DNA of 64,000 bases from Spirochaetia bacterium (GCA_965199955.1 CBDATQ010000003.1:1-64000), one strand, 5' to 3'; positions 42,112 to 54,198 are shown, counted from the stretch's first letter. A program made the numbers and translations. Notes: generated by a model not told the origin, from the letters alone.

Positions 42112-42836
42112 TCGCGCATGCGGAAGCCGACGCCGCGCACCGTCTCCAGCCGCCACGCCTCGTCGCCCAGCTTCTTGCGCAGAGAGGCGATGATGACGTC
42201 CACGGATCGGTCGGTGACCGGGTGGTCGGCACCGTGCACGCCGGTGACGATGCGCGACCGCGACGACACCCAGCCGGCGCGCCCGGTGAGGAACAGCAGG
42301 GTCCGAAACTCGGTGGCGGTCAGCTTCAACGGCGTGCCGGCCACGGTCGCCTCGTGCCGCCGCGGGTCGAGCCGGATGGGTCCGGCGGAGACCGGAGCGG
42401 CCGGTTCCTCCCCGCCGGCGGCGGTGCCTGCCGAGTTGCCGAGCGGATCGAGGCGCCGCAGCAGCGCGCGCGCCCGTGCCACCAGCACGCGGGGGCTGAA
42501 GGGCTTGGTGATATAGTCGTCGGCACCGATCTCCAGGCCGGCGATCACGTCCTCATCCTCACCGCGGGCGGACACGATCAGGATGGGAATGGCACGCGTC
42601 TGGGCGTCGTCCTTGAGCCGTCGGCACACCGTCAGACCGTCGACGCCGGGCAGTGCCAGATCCAGGACGATCAGCTCGGTCGGCTTGCGGGCCACCGAGT
42701 GCAGCGCCTCCTCGCCGCTGATCACCCGCCGCGGCTCGAACCCCGCGCTGTCGAGGTTGAAAGCGATCAGCTTCGCGATGTCGCGGTCGTCCTCGACGAT
42801 GAGCGCGTGCGGCCGCGGGTCGCGCTTTTTTTTCAC
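42108..42836 (-). CDS. OmpR/PhoB-family response regulator
   Basis: VEDD, LDL.LPG.DG, GADDYITKPFS, DRSVDV and ETVRGVG. Confidence 0.92.
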   Translation of the reverse strand: MKKKRDPRPHALIVEDDRDIAKLIAFNLDSAGFEPRRVISGEEALHSVARKPTELIVLDLALPGVDGLTVCRRLKDDAQTRAIPILIVSARGEDEDVIAGLEIGADDYITKPFSPRVLVARARALLRRLDPLGNSAGTAAGGEEPAAPVSAGPIRLDPRRHEATVAGTPLKLTATEFRTLLFLTGRAGWVSSRSRIVTGVHGADHPVTDRSVDVIIASLRKKLGDEAWRLETVRGVGFRMRE

Positions 42837-44077
42837 GCCGGCTCGTACATGCGAATGAACGCGCGCGGCAGCGTCCAGCACAGAAGCCGCACCAGCCGCG
42901 CCACAGCCAGGGTCGCAAGCCGATGCGATCGACTGGGGCGCGCGGCGGCAGCCCGCTGGAGGATGGCGGCCAGCCGGTCGTATTCGGCACCGCTGAAGCG
43001 TTCGGCGACATCCTCTGCCCCGCGCTCCGCCACGCGCGCGGCCTCCTCCGGGTTGGCCAGCGCGTGGTGGATCGTGCGCACGTATGCCGCCCGGTTCGCG
43101 GCCAGATAGCCGCCGACCGTGCCGTCGGTGATCTGCGCCGACACGCCGGCATCGTCGGCCAACGCCACGATCGGCAGCCGGCAGAGCTTTGCCTCGGTGA
43201 TCACCAGCCCGAAGGTGTCGCCGAGGCTCGCGTACAGCATCAGGTCCGCGTCCACCATCTCGCGCAGCATGCGCTCACGGCTGACCGCGCCGGCCAGCCG
43301 CACCCGTTCGGGCGCCCGCACCGATCGGCGCACCCAGTCGGTAAGCGGTCCCGGTCCGACCAGATGCCACTCGGCCCGCGGGTAGCGGTCGGCCAACTCC
43401 TCGTTCCAGATCGAGACCAGGAGCTCGACGTTCTTCTCCGCGGACAGCCGCCCCGGCGTGATCAGGCGGGGGGCGGCATCGGTACCCGCGTCAGCGGCAG
43501 ATCCCGGACGCGGTCGGGTGCGCGGCGGAGGCGTGGCGCGTTCCGGGAACCGGTTCTCGACCACACGCCAGGCTGCCACGCGCAGGACCTCCACCAGATA
43601 CCGCCGCATCTTCTCGCAGAGGATGCTGAGGAGCACGCGGTGCATGCGCCGCTGCGTGAGGCCGAGCAGCCCCGTGAGCATCCAGCGGATGAAAGCCTGC
43701 GCGGCCGGACCCGAGCCCGGCGGATAGGTGTAGGCCATGTAGTCGGGCGCGTAGGTGGTGAAGCGATTGATCGCCGGCACGCCGAAGCGGGCCGACAGGT
43801 ACAGCAGAAAGAACAGCCCCTGCGGAGCCACGCAGTGCCCGTAGGCCACGTCGAACCGATATCCGCGCAGCCGCCGCGCCAGGCGGCGCGGATCGGCGTC
43901 GAACACGTGGTAGAAGCCGCGATAGGCGGCCAGGTGGTAGGTGCGCGTGTGCTCGGTATTGGTGGAGACCACCACCACCGTGTCGCCCCGCTCCCGGAAG
44001 TACGCCAGCTCGGCCATGATGCTGCGGCTGACGCCGTCCACCAGGCCGTACGAGTCGCTGACGAGCAGGATGCGCAC
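42833..44077 (-). CDS. GT4-family glycosyltransferase
   Basis: SDSY..VDGV, GRLSAEKN and DTFGLVITEA. Confidence 0.85.
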   Translation of the reverse strand: MRILLVSDSYGLVDGVSRSIMAELAYFRERGDTVVVVSTNTEHTRTYHLAAYRGFYHVFDADPRRLARRLRGYRFDVAYGHCVAPQGLFFLLYLSARFGVPAINRFTTYAPDYMAYTYPPGSGPAAQAFIRWMLTGLLGLTQRRMHRVLLSILCEKMRRYLVEVLRVAAWRVVENRFPERATPPPRTRPRPGSAADAGTDAAPRLITPGRLSAEKNVELLVSIWNEELADRYPRAEWHLVGPGPLTDWVRRSVRAPERVRLAGAVSRERMLREMVDADLMLYASLGDTFGLVITEAKLCRLPIVALADDAGVSAQITDGTVGGYLAANRAAYVRTIHHALANPEEAARVAERGAEDVAERFSGAEYDRLAAILQRAAAARPSRSHRLATLAVARLVRLLCWTLPRAFIRMYEPA

Positions 44078-44078
44078 G

Positions 44079-45944
<1,866 letters not shown>

Positions 45945-45967
45945 CGGTCGAAAGGTATTACCGCGGT

Positions 45968-47002
45968 TCAGGCGCCGGCCAGCACGCCGGCGGCCGCTGC
46001 CGCGAACTTCAGCCCCATCGCGGCGCGCACCTGCTCCATCGTCTCCCGCGCCTCGCGCCGCATGCGCGCGTTGCCGGCGTCGATGATCGCCTCGATGCGC
46101 TCCGGGTCGGCCGCGAACGCCGCGCGGCGCTCCCGAATCGGATCCAGGAACGCGTTCAGCGCGCGGGCCAGCTTTCGCTTGACCTCCACGTCGCCGACCG
46201 CGCCGCGGCGGTAGCGGTCCTTGAGGTCGTCGACCTCCGCCGTGTCGGGGTTGAAGGCGTCGTGGTACTGGAAGACGGGATTGCCCTCCACCGTCCCCGG
46301 GATATCCGCGCGCACCCGCTTGGGGTCAGTGTACATGCCCATCACCCGGCGCTGCACGGTCTTCTCGTCATCGGACAGGTAGATGGTGTTGTCCAGGCTC
46401 TTGCTCATCTTTGCCTGACCATCCGTTCCCAGCAGGACCGGAAAGTCGCCGAGCAGCGTGCCGGGCTCCGGGAAGACCGGGCCGTACAGCTTGTTGAAGC
46501 GGCGGCAGATCTCGCGGGTGACCTCCAGGTGCGACTCGTTGTCCTTGCCGACCGGCACCAGGTGGGCGCGCGGCAGCAGGATGTCGGCGGCCTGCAGCAC
46601 CGGGTAGCCCAGCAGCCCGAACGGCAGGGCGTCCAGGTGCGCCGCCTGCGCCATCTCCTTGACCGTGGGCACGCGCTCCAGGCGCGGCACGGTCACCAGC
46701 ATGCTCAGCAGCGTGGTGAGCTCGAAGGTCTCCGGGATCGCGCTCTGCACGAAGATGGTGGAGCGCTCCGGGTCGATGCCCACCGCCAGGTAGTCCAGCA
46801 CGACCTCGCGGATGGTGCGCTCAAGCTCCGCCAGGTGGTGCTTCTCCGGCCGCGTGGTCATGGTGTGCACGTCGGCGACGATGAAGAAGCACTCGTACTC
46901 ATCCTGGAGCTGCACCCGGTTGTGCAGGCTGCCGACGTAGTGGCCGATGTGCAGGGGACCGGTCGGACGGTCGCCGGTCAGGATCCGTTTCTTCGCTCCC
47001 AT
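45968..47002 (-). CDS. trpS: Tryptophan--tRNA ligase
   Basis: TGDRPTG.LHIGH, YPVLQAADI and KMSKS. Confidence 0.97.
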   Translation of the reverse strand: MGAKKRILTGDRPTGPLHIGHYVGSLHNRVQLQDEYECFFIVADVHTMTTRPEKHHLAELERTIREVVLDYLAVGIDPERSTIFVQSAIPETFELTTLLSMLVTVPRLERVPTVKEMAQAAHLDALPFGLLGYPVLQAADILLPRAHLVPVGKDNESHLEVTREICRRFNKLYGPVFPEPGTLLGDFPVLLGTDGQAKMSKSLDNTIYLSDDEKTVQRRVMGMYTDPKRVRADIPGTVEGNPVFQYHDAFNPDTAEVDDLKDRYRRGAVGDVEVKRKLARALNAFLDPIRERRAAFAADPERIEAIIDAGNARMRREARETMEQVRAAMGLKFAAAAAGVLAGA

Positions 47003-47122
47003 CTTCCGCCCACCGTAGGGGCACGGCGCCGTCCTGGTCAACGCCGCCAGCGTGACGGCCGTCCCGGCTCTTGAGATCGTGGCGCGTATGCGCAACGCTT
47101 ACCCCATCGGCAGGTCTCGCTC

Positions 47123-48823
47123 ATGAATTTCAACACCACCAACAACACCTTTAGGCAGTTGATGGGCAATGGTCTGAGCTACCGCGTACCTCAGTTCCAA
47201 CGCGACTATTCCTGGGGGCCGGACGAGTGGTACGACCTGTGGAATGACATCGTCGAGCTGTTCACGGAGGATCCGGAACCAGCCCACTACCTCGGCTATC
47301 TGGTGTTGCAATCTACCGACAACCGGACCTTCGACATCATCGACGGACAGCAGCGCATGACGACGCTCAGCCTGTTGATGCTGGCGGCCGTAGCGCATCT
47401 CACGGACTTGGCTGCCGCCGATGACAGGGAAGATCATCCGGAACTACGGCGCTCCCAGCAGTTGCGTGCGAACTACATCGGCTACCTGGACCCCGTGAGT
47501 CTGGTGCCGCGCTCCAAGTTGACGCTCAACCGCAACAACGATCGCTTTTATCAAGACTATCTGGTGCCACTGGAGCGTCTGCCACAGAGGGGCTTGAACG
47601 CCTCCGAACACCTGCTGCGCCGCGCCTTCGCCTGGTTCAAGGAGCGAATCAGCGAGCGATCGGGATCCGATGGCAGATCTGTGGCGAGTTTCGTGGATGC
47701 GACGGTGGACAAGCTGTTCTTCACCGTCATCACCGTTACCGACGAGCTGAACGCATTCAAGGTCTTCGAGACGCTCAATGCGCGGGGCGTGCGCCTGTCG
47801 GCCACCGATTTGCTCAAGAATTACCTGTTCTCCGTGGTTTCACGGAGCGGCGCTCATGACTCGGACCTCAAGGCGCTGGAGAGTCGCTGGGAGGGGATCG
47901 TCGGGCTGCTTGGCAGCGAGGGCTTCCCGGAGTTCCTCCGCGTGTTCTGGAACAGTCGCAACCGGCTGGTTCGCAAGGCCGATCTGTTCAAGACCATTCG
48001 CAGTGAGATCAGGAACCGAGCCGACGCCTTCGCCCTGATCCGCGACATGGATCGAAACGCACGAATGTACGCGGCGTTGCGTAGCCCCGAAGACAGCTCA
48101 TGGTCGAAAGCGGAACGCGACAGTCTGTCCCAGCTCCAGATGTTCAACGTCCGCCAGCCGCTCGCGCTCCTGCTCGCGGCGTTCGAGCGAATGTCGGACG
48201 AGGACCGACCGGGATTCGGTCGCCTTCTGCGTGCGATCGCCGTCGTGTCGTTTCGGTACAACGTGATATGCGGGCGGCAGAGCAACGAGCAGGAACGGGA
48301 GTACAACCGCGTCGCCTGTGCGCTTTCGGATCGGCAGCTCATCGGAGCCGCGGACACGATCAGGGAATTGCGACGTGTCTACCCTGAAGACGACGAATTC
48401 CGAGCGGCGTTTGCGGACAAGGAACTGCGCACTACCAGCAGTCGCAACAAGAAAGTGGTTCGCTTCCTCCTCTTCCGGCTGGAACGGCAATTGTCCGAGC
48501 AGGACTTCGATTTCGAGAGCTCCAAGTACGACATCGAACATGTGTTGCCGGAGAATCCCAACGGCAACTGGGGTCAATTCGATGACCAGCAGCGTGAATC
48601 ATTCACCTATAGGCTCGGCAATCTCACGCTTCTCTCGGCGAGCCGCAACCGCGACCTGGGAAACGCAGCGTTCGCGGAGAAACGATCCGCATACAGCGAA
48701 AGCGAGTTTGTCATCAGCCGCAAGCTCGCTGACGAATACGATACCTGGACCGTAGAGAAGATCCGTTCTCGTCAGACCTGGATGGCACGGCAGGCCACGG
48801 GCGTCTGGCGAGTTGACTTCTGA
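47123..48823 (+). CDS. GmrSD-type (DUF262+DUF1524) restriction nuclease
   Basis: PQFQRDYSW, IIDGQQR, FETLNARG, IEHVLP and RLGNLTLL..N. Confidence 0.88.
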   Translation: MNFNTTNNTFRQLMGNGLSYRVPQFQRDYSWGPDEWYDLWNDIVELFTEDPEPAHYLGYLVLQSTDNRTFDIIDGQQRMTTLSLLMLAAVAHLTDLAAADDREDHPELRRSQQLRANYIGYLDPVSLVPRSKLTLNRNNDRFYQDYLVPLERLPQRGLNASEHLLRRAFAWFKERISERSGSDGRSVASFVDATVDKLFFTVITVTDELNAFKVFETLNARGVRLSATDLLKNYLFSVVSRSGAHDSDLKALESRWEGIVGLLGSEGFPEFLRVFWNSRNRLVRKADLFKTIRSEIRNRADAFALIRDMDRNARMYAALRSPEDSSWSKAERDSLSQLQMFNVRQPLALLLAAFERMSDEDRPGFGRLLRAIAVVSFRYNVICGRQSNEQEREYNRVACALSDRQLIGAADTIRELRRVYPEDDEFRAAFADKELRTTSSRNKKVVRFLLFRLERQLSEQDFDFESSKYDIEHVLPENPNGNWGQFDDQQRESFTYRLGNLTLLSASRNRDLGNAAFAEKRSAYSESEFVISRKLADEYDTWTVEKIRSRQTWMARQATGVWRVDF

Positions 48824-48870
48824 GGCGGCTCTCCGCCTCGAATGATCACGCCCGCATGGAGCACCGACTC

Positions 48871-49770
48871 TCAGGTTTGCTGAAACCAGTCGTCGTCCAG
48901 GATCTCGAACCGGCGGTGCAACTCGGCCGTGAGCTCCTCGGGCAGGCCCAGCCCCCGGTCCATCAGGGCGATGTTGGCGCGCATGTGGGCGGGATTGCGC
49001 GTGCCCACGATGGCGGTGTCGATCTCCGGCCGGCCCAGGGTGAAGGCCAGCGACAGCTCGATCCGGTCGGCGGGGCCGTCCGGCAGGTCGCCCTGCTCCA
49101 GTACCTTGCGCGCCCGTCCGAAGTAGGTGTCGGCATAGGCGAGGGGGCTCTCCGCCGCGCCGAAGCTGCCGTTGGCGATCGGGCGCTTGGCGATCACGCC
49201 CATGCCGGCGGTCCGCGCGGCCTGCAGGAGACCGCTGGTGCGGGCGCGCTGCTCGACCACGTTGTAACTGGTCTGCAGCGTCTGGAAGCGGCCGCTGTGC
49301 ACCGCCCACATCGCCGCCTCGTTGTCGCCGGAGTAGCCGATGTAGCGGGTCTTCCCGGCGCGCCGCGCATCCTCCATCGCTTCGATCGCCTCGCCGCGTT
49401 CCAGCACCTTCTTCGAGCAGGAGTGGAGCTGCAGGAGGTCCAGGTGATCGGTCCTGAGCCGGCGCAGGCTCTGCTCGACGCTGGCCGTGATGGTCGCGGC
49501 CGTCCATTCGCCGGCGTTCGCGTCGCCCGCCTGATGGCCGCACTTCGACGCCAGCACGAACGAGTCGCGCCGGCCGGCCACCGCCTTGCCGACCTTCTCT
49601 TCGCTGTCGCCGTAGCAGGCGGCCGTATCCAGGAAGGTGATGCCGCCGTCGAGCGCCGCATGCAGCACGGCCGCCGCATCGGCATCCGAATCGAGCGTGC
49701 TGATCTCGAACAGCCCGGCCCCCAGGCGGGTCACTTCCAGGTCGGTCGGGCCGAGCCTACGCGTCTGGAT
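48871..49770 (-). CDS. Aldo/keto reductase (probable ATC start at 49770; first canonical start is GTG 49734)
   Basis: (I)QTRRLGPTDLEV..LG.G, FLDTAACYG.SE, SL.RL.TD.LDL..LH and IVGT.N. Confidence 0.88.
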   Translation of the reverse strand: MQTRRLGPTDLEVTRLGAGLFEISTLDSDADAAAVLHAALDGGITFLDTAACYGDSEEKVGKAVAGRRDSFVLASKCGHQAGDANAGEWTAATITASVEQSLRRLRTDHLDLLQLHSCSKKVLERGEAIEAMEDARRAGKTRYIGYSGDNEAAMWAVHSGRFQTLQTSYNVVEQRARTSGLLQAARTAGMGVIAKRPIANGSFGAAESPLAYADTYFGRARKVLEQGDLPDGPADRIELSLAFTLGRPEIDTAIVGTRNPAHMRANIALMDRGLGLPEELTAELHRRFEILDDDWFQQT

Positions 49771-50776
49771 GCCACACCTCCCCGAACAGCCGCAGCCAGT
49801 TGCCGCCCAGCACCTTGGCCACGTCGTCGGGCGCGTAGCCGCGGTCGGTCAGCGCCGTCGCCAGGTTGGGCATCTCGCGCGGTGTCTCCAGCCCCTTCGG
49901 GTACATCTGCATCGCCGTGTAGTCGACGTCGGGCTTCGTGAACGTCGACGGGAACTTCGTCCCCTGTTGCGAGGAGATGAAGCGCCAGAACTCGCGCGGC
50001 TGGTCCTGCGTGTAGTCGGACCCGAAGCCCACGTGGTCGATGCCGGCCCGCTCCACCAGGTCGTCGATCGCCTCCACCATGTCGTCGAGGGTCGACGCCT
50101 CGCCCCTGCGCAGGAAGCTGGTGATCGCCGTGGCGCCGATCACGCCGCCGCGCGCCGCGCAGGCGCGCACCGCCTCGTCGGTCTTGTTGCGTGGTACGTC
50201 GTAGTAGCCCTTGCAGTTGGCGTGCGTGATGGCCACCGGCAACTCCGAGTGCTCGATCACATCCAGGGTGGTGCGCGGCCCCACGTGCGACAGGTCGGCC
50301 AGGATCCCCAGCCGGTTCATCTCCCGCACCGCGTCGCGTCCGAAGTTGGTCAGGCCGGCGTCGTGCGCCTCGTAGCAGCCGGCGCCCAGCAGGTTCTGCT
50401 CGTGGTAGGTGACCTGGATGACGCGCACCCCCAGGTCCGCGAACAGCTCCAGCCGGCGCAGGTCGTTCTCGATCGGCGTGGCGTTCTGGAAGCTCAGGAT
50501 GATGCCGACGCGGCCTTCCTCCTTGGCCGCGTGGATGTCGGCGACCGAACGCACCGGCCGGATCTGCGCCGAGCGGGCGCGAAAGCGCTCGTACCAGGCG
50601 GCCACCGCGTCCGCGGTCTCCACAAACCCCTCCCACGTGGCCACCGTCGCGCTGGTGGCGGTCAGGCCGCCGTCGTAGAGGTCGGCGAACACATTGTCAC
50701 TGTGCCAGTTGCTGATGTTGAGCGAGTCGATGATGGTCGACCGACGATACAGGTCCGCGATGGCGTCGGCAGGCAT
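49757..50776 (-). CDS. Membrane dipeptidase (M19) family protein
   Basis: GLT.FG...V.EMNRLGI..DLSH, THAN, RNKTD, DHVGFGSD and LGGNWLR. Confidence 0.88.
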   Translation of the reverse strand: MPADAIADLYRRSTIIDSLNISNWHSDNVFADLYDGGLTATSATVATWEGFVETADAVAAWYERFRARSAQIRPVRSVADIHAAKEEGRVGIILSFQNATPIENDLRRLELFADLGVRVIQVTYHEQNLLGAGCYEAHDAGLTNFGRDAVREMNRLGILADLSHVGPRTTLDVIEHSELPVAITHANCKGYYDVPRNKTDEAVRACAARGGVIGATAITSFLRRGEASTLDDMVEAIDDLVERAGIDHVGFGSDYTQDQPREFWRFISSQQGTKFPSTFTKPDVDYTAMQMYPKGLETPREMPNLATALTDRGYAPDDVAKVLGGNWLRLFGEVWHPDA

Positions 50777-50844
50777 GCCGTACGGTAGCACGTCCAGCCG
50801 GCGATATGACCCGTGGGGCTCGACCGTGATCGCGGGCGAGCAGC

Positions 50845-51471
50845 CTATTCCCGCGGGAAGTGGCCGTTGCCCCGCAGGATGCGGCGGCGCTCGCGGTCGT
50901 CGCCCTGCGCCAGCATGCGCTCCTTCAGCGCCTCCTCGGCGTCGAGCAGCCGCTGCTCGGCACTGGTGAGCTCCAGCAGGCTCTGCTTCTTCGCAAGCGG
51001 CAGGTCGCTGTAATAGGAGATGTAGTAGGAGACGACCTCGGTGGAGATCTGCTCAAGTTCCGCCACCGGCAGGTGCCCGGGCGTCGACTCGTAGAGGTCC
51101 TGGAAGAGGTGCAGGCAGCGGGTCTTGAGCTCCTGCCGCTCGTCGGCCGGCTCGTCGGTGAAGAAGCTCACCGTGCCCTGCAGGAAGGCCCGGTCACGCT
51201 GCAGCCGGTCGATCCGGAAGCGGCGCCGGCCGATGGTCAGGACGTCCATGCGGCCATCGTCGTAGCGTCGGATCTCCTTGGCCACGCGGGCGGAGCAGCC
51301 CACGTCGGCTACGGTGTTCTCGTTGGCGCACAGCACGCCGAATTCGCCGTTGGCGTCGATCACCTCGCCCATCATCTCCTTGAAGCGCTCCTCGAAGATG
51401 TGCAGGGGCAGGGCGGTGTCGGGGAACAGCACGACCTTGAGCGGGAACAGCGGAAGGAGCGTCTCAGCCAT
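50845..51471 (-). CDS. Stand-alone Lon N-terminal substrate-binding-domain protein
   Basis: LPLFPL..VLFP...LPLHIFE.R and KQSLLE. Confidence 0.88.
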   Translation of the reverse strand: MAETLLPLFPLKVVLFPDTALPLHIFEERFKEMMGEVIDANGEFGVLCANENTVADVGCSARVAKEIRRYDDGRMDVLTIGRRRFRIDRLQRDRAFLQGTVSFFTDEPADERQELKTRCLHLFQDLYESTPGHLPVAELEQISTEVVSYYISYYSDLPLAKKQSLLELTSAEQRLLDAEEALKERMLAQGDDRERRRILRGNGHFPRE

Positions 51472-52450
51472 CGCAGCGTCGCGCCATCTCCGTCGCGAAG
51501 TAGGTCAGGACGATGTCGGCTCCCGCCCGCTTGATGGCCGTGATCGACTCCACCATCGCCTGCTCGCCGTCGATGCAGCCAGCGGCGGCGGCGGCCTTGA
51601 TCATCGCGTACTCACCCGACACCTGATAGGCCGCCACCGGCACGTCCACGGCGCCGCGGACCGCGGCGACCACGTCCAGGTACGGCAGCGCCGGCTTGAC
51701 CATGACGATGTCCGCTCCCTCGGCGACGTCCAGGCGCACCTCCCGCAGGGCGTCGCGTCCGTTGGCCGGGTCGACCTGGTACGTCTTCTTGTCACCCATG
51801 CGAGGTGCAGAGTCCAGCGCTTCCCGGAATGGCCCGTAGAAGCAGGAGGCGTACTTGGCCGAGTAGGCCAGGATTCCGACCTCCGTCTGGCCCGCCCGGT
51901 CCAGCGCGGCGCGGATGTAGCGGATCCGCCCGTCCATCATGTCGGACGGCGCTACCAGGTCGGCGCCCGCTTCCGCGTGGCACAGAGCCATGTCCGCCAG
52001 GATCGGCAGGCTCTGGTCGTTGTCGATGCGGCCGTCGATCACCAGCCCGTCGTGGCCGTCGCTGGAGTACGGGTCCATCGCCACGTCGGTTATCACCAGC
52101 AACGCCGGATGCGCGTCCTTGAGGGCGCGGACAGCGCGCGGCACCAGCCCGTCCGGATTCATTCCTTCGCCTGCCCGCGTGTCCTTCAGTTCGTCCGGCA
52201 CCGCGGGGAACAGCGACACCGCCGGGACGCCGGCGTCGAACGCCTCCCCGGCGTCCGCGACCAGGGTGTCTATCGAAATGCGGTGGCGGCCCGGCATCGC
52301 GGCGATCGGATCGCGGACCCCGGAGCCTTCGACCACGAACAGCGGCAGCACGAGGTCGGCCGGGCGCACCGCGGTCTGGCGCACCAGACGGCGGATGCCC
52401 TCGTTCCGCCGGTTGCGCCGCGGCCGGCTCGTGAGCGTCACGGACCCCAC
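51464..52450 (-). CDS. hemB: Porphobilinogen synthase
   Basis: RPRR, DV..DPYSSDGHDG, PSDMMDG, FYGPFR, MVKPA and YQVSGEY. Confidence 0.96.
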   Translation of the reverse strand: MGSVTLTSRPRRNRRNEGIRRLVRQTAVRPADLVLPLFVVEGSGVRDPIAAMPGRHRISIDTLVADAGEAFDAGVPAVSLFPAVPDELKDTRAGEGMNPDGLVPRAVRALKDAHPALLVITDVAMDPYSSDGHDGLVIDGRIDNDQSLPILADMALCHAEAGADLVAPSDMMDGRIRYIRAALDRAGQTEVGILAYSAKYASCFYGPFREALDSAPRMGDKKTYQVDPANGRDALREVRLDVAEGADIVMVKPALPYLDVVAAVRGAVDVPVAAYQVSGEYAMIKAAAAAGCIDGEQAMVESITAIKRAGADIVLTYFATEMARRCDG

Positions 52451-52497
52451 CAGCTCAACCTACCGTCGGTACGCGGCACAGACAAGCTCGCCCCGTA

Positions 52498-52729
52498 TCA
52501 GGCGCCACCCGCCCGGCGCCTCGCGGCACGCACCGCTGCCGGTTCGGAGTCGCCGACGGTCTCCCGCGAGAAGATGCGCAGCGAGCGGTCGGCCAGCGGC
52601 AGCTCCATGCGGACGTCGAGCAGCACGCCGGCGCGCGGCCGGGCCGACGTGCAGATGCTCACCAGGTCGGGGCGCTCGCGCTCCAGCATCTCGCGGTCCG
52701 ATCACCACGGCGCGGTACTCTTCGTTCAT
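52498..52729 (-). pseudogene. Gfo/Idh/MocA oxidoreductase remnant with internal deletions
   Basis: MNEEYRAVVIG, then in another frame REMLERERPDLVSICT and the C-terminal-like ELPLADRSLRI. Confidence 0.6.
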
Positions 52730-52921
52730 GGTGTCACCCCCAGTCACGATCCGGGATCACTCTACTGCGCCCAACGATGATCGTCGCCTCCGTCCGTTAC
52801 GCCCGGACCGGACCTGGTCGGCTGCTCCCTGCCGCGCGGTCAGATCGTGTGTGATGTGTGCGAATCGATTTGACGAGTTGCGGCCGGCAAAGCAGCATGC
52901 CGGTCGTTCCGGGGGCAGATT

Positions 52922-54198
52922 ATGAGACCCAGATATTTCGACGTCCTGACGTACGGCAAGGACTACTCCGAGGTGCCGCGGATCCAACCCTGGCGCACCA
53001 TCCGGGTCGATCCGGACCGCGCGGGGCAGTGGATCGTCGCCGGCGACCTGGACGGCGACGGCGAGGTGGAGCTGGTGAGCGCGCGCAACAACCCGGACCG
53101 CCCGTCGCAGGAGGTGGTGTCGGTCATCACCCACAAGCTCGACGGCACGGTGCTGTGGGAGTGGGGCGAGCCGGCCGCCGGGGTGGCGCGCCTGGGATAC
53201 GACGTGGCCTGCCAGGTCCACGACTGGGACGGCGACGGCAGCCTGGAGGTGGTCGTGGTCGGCGCTCGCGAGATCGTGGAGCTCGATGGCGCCACGGGAG
53301 CCGAGAAGCGCCGCCTGCCGGTCCCGGAGGATGCCGCCGACTGCCTCACCTTCGTGAACCTGTCCGGCGCCGAGCGCGCGACCGACGTGCTGATCAAGAC
53401 GCGCTACGAGCAGATCTGGGCGTTGGATCGCGAGGGGCGCGAGCTGTGGAACGTGCGCCATCCGGTCGGGCGCCTGACCGCCCACCAGGTGTTTCCGGTG
53501 GACCTGGACGGCGACGGCCGCGACGAGTTGATCGTCGGCTACGCGATGCTGAACCCGGACGGCTCGATGCGCTGGGAGATGGAGGCGGCCGAGGGGTTGC
53601 CGCTGGGCATCGGCTGCCACGTGGACTGCGCGCGGGTGCTGCGCCGGGGCGAAACGGCCGCGGACTGGCGCTTCGTGGTGACCTGCTGCGCCAACGAGCG
53701 GATGGCGTCCGTCGACGGCACCGGCCGCACCGTGTGGGCCCTGGACAACCGCCACTACGAATCGGTCGACGTGTGCTCGATCTATCCCGAGCTGCCGGGC
53801 AAACAGATCGTCGTGGATGTCGCCAAGCACGAGGAGGTGGTGGCGCCCATCCACGTGCTCGACGAGGACGGCGCGCTGCTCGGGAAGCTGTTCACCTGGA
53901 ACTCGCGCTTCCATTTCCCCATCGACTGGGACGGCAGTGGCCGCGACCTGTTCGTGGTGGGCGGCGAGCACGCCCTGTTCGACGGGGGCGGCGACAAGGT
54001 CGCCATCTTCGACACCCCGGGGTCGACAATCCGAGCGGCCTGATCTGCGGGCGCGGCGACCTGACCGGGAACGGCGCGCCCGACGTGATGATCAGTGCCG
54101 ACCACGGCGGCACGATCTTCCTGTATCGCAACGAGCACGGAGCCATGTCGGCCCCCGGGCTGCCCGAGATCACGGAGGTCAACTATACGCTCTATTGA
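52922..54198 (+). pseudogene. FG-GAP/DxDxDG beta-propeller protein (PL11-like), frameshifted at ~54020
   Basis: Repeated DLDGDG/DWDGDG motifs; the -1 frame continues GDLTGNGAPDV..VNYTLY to the stop at 54198. Confidence 0.7.

Noticed and set aside
47080..47096. Sigma-54 promoter upstream of the GmrSD gene (TGGCGC..)
   Set aside because: GG-to-GC spacing is not the required 10 nt
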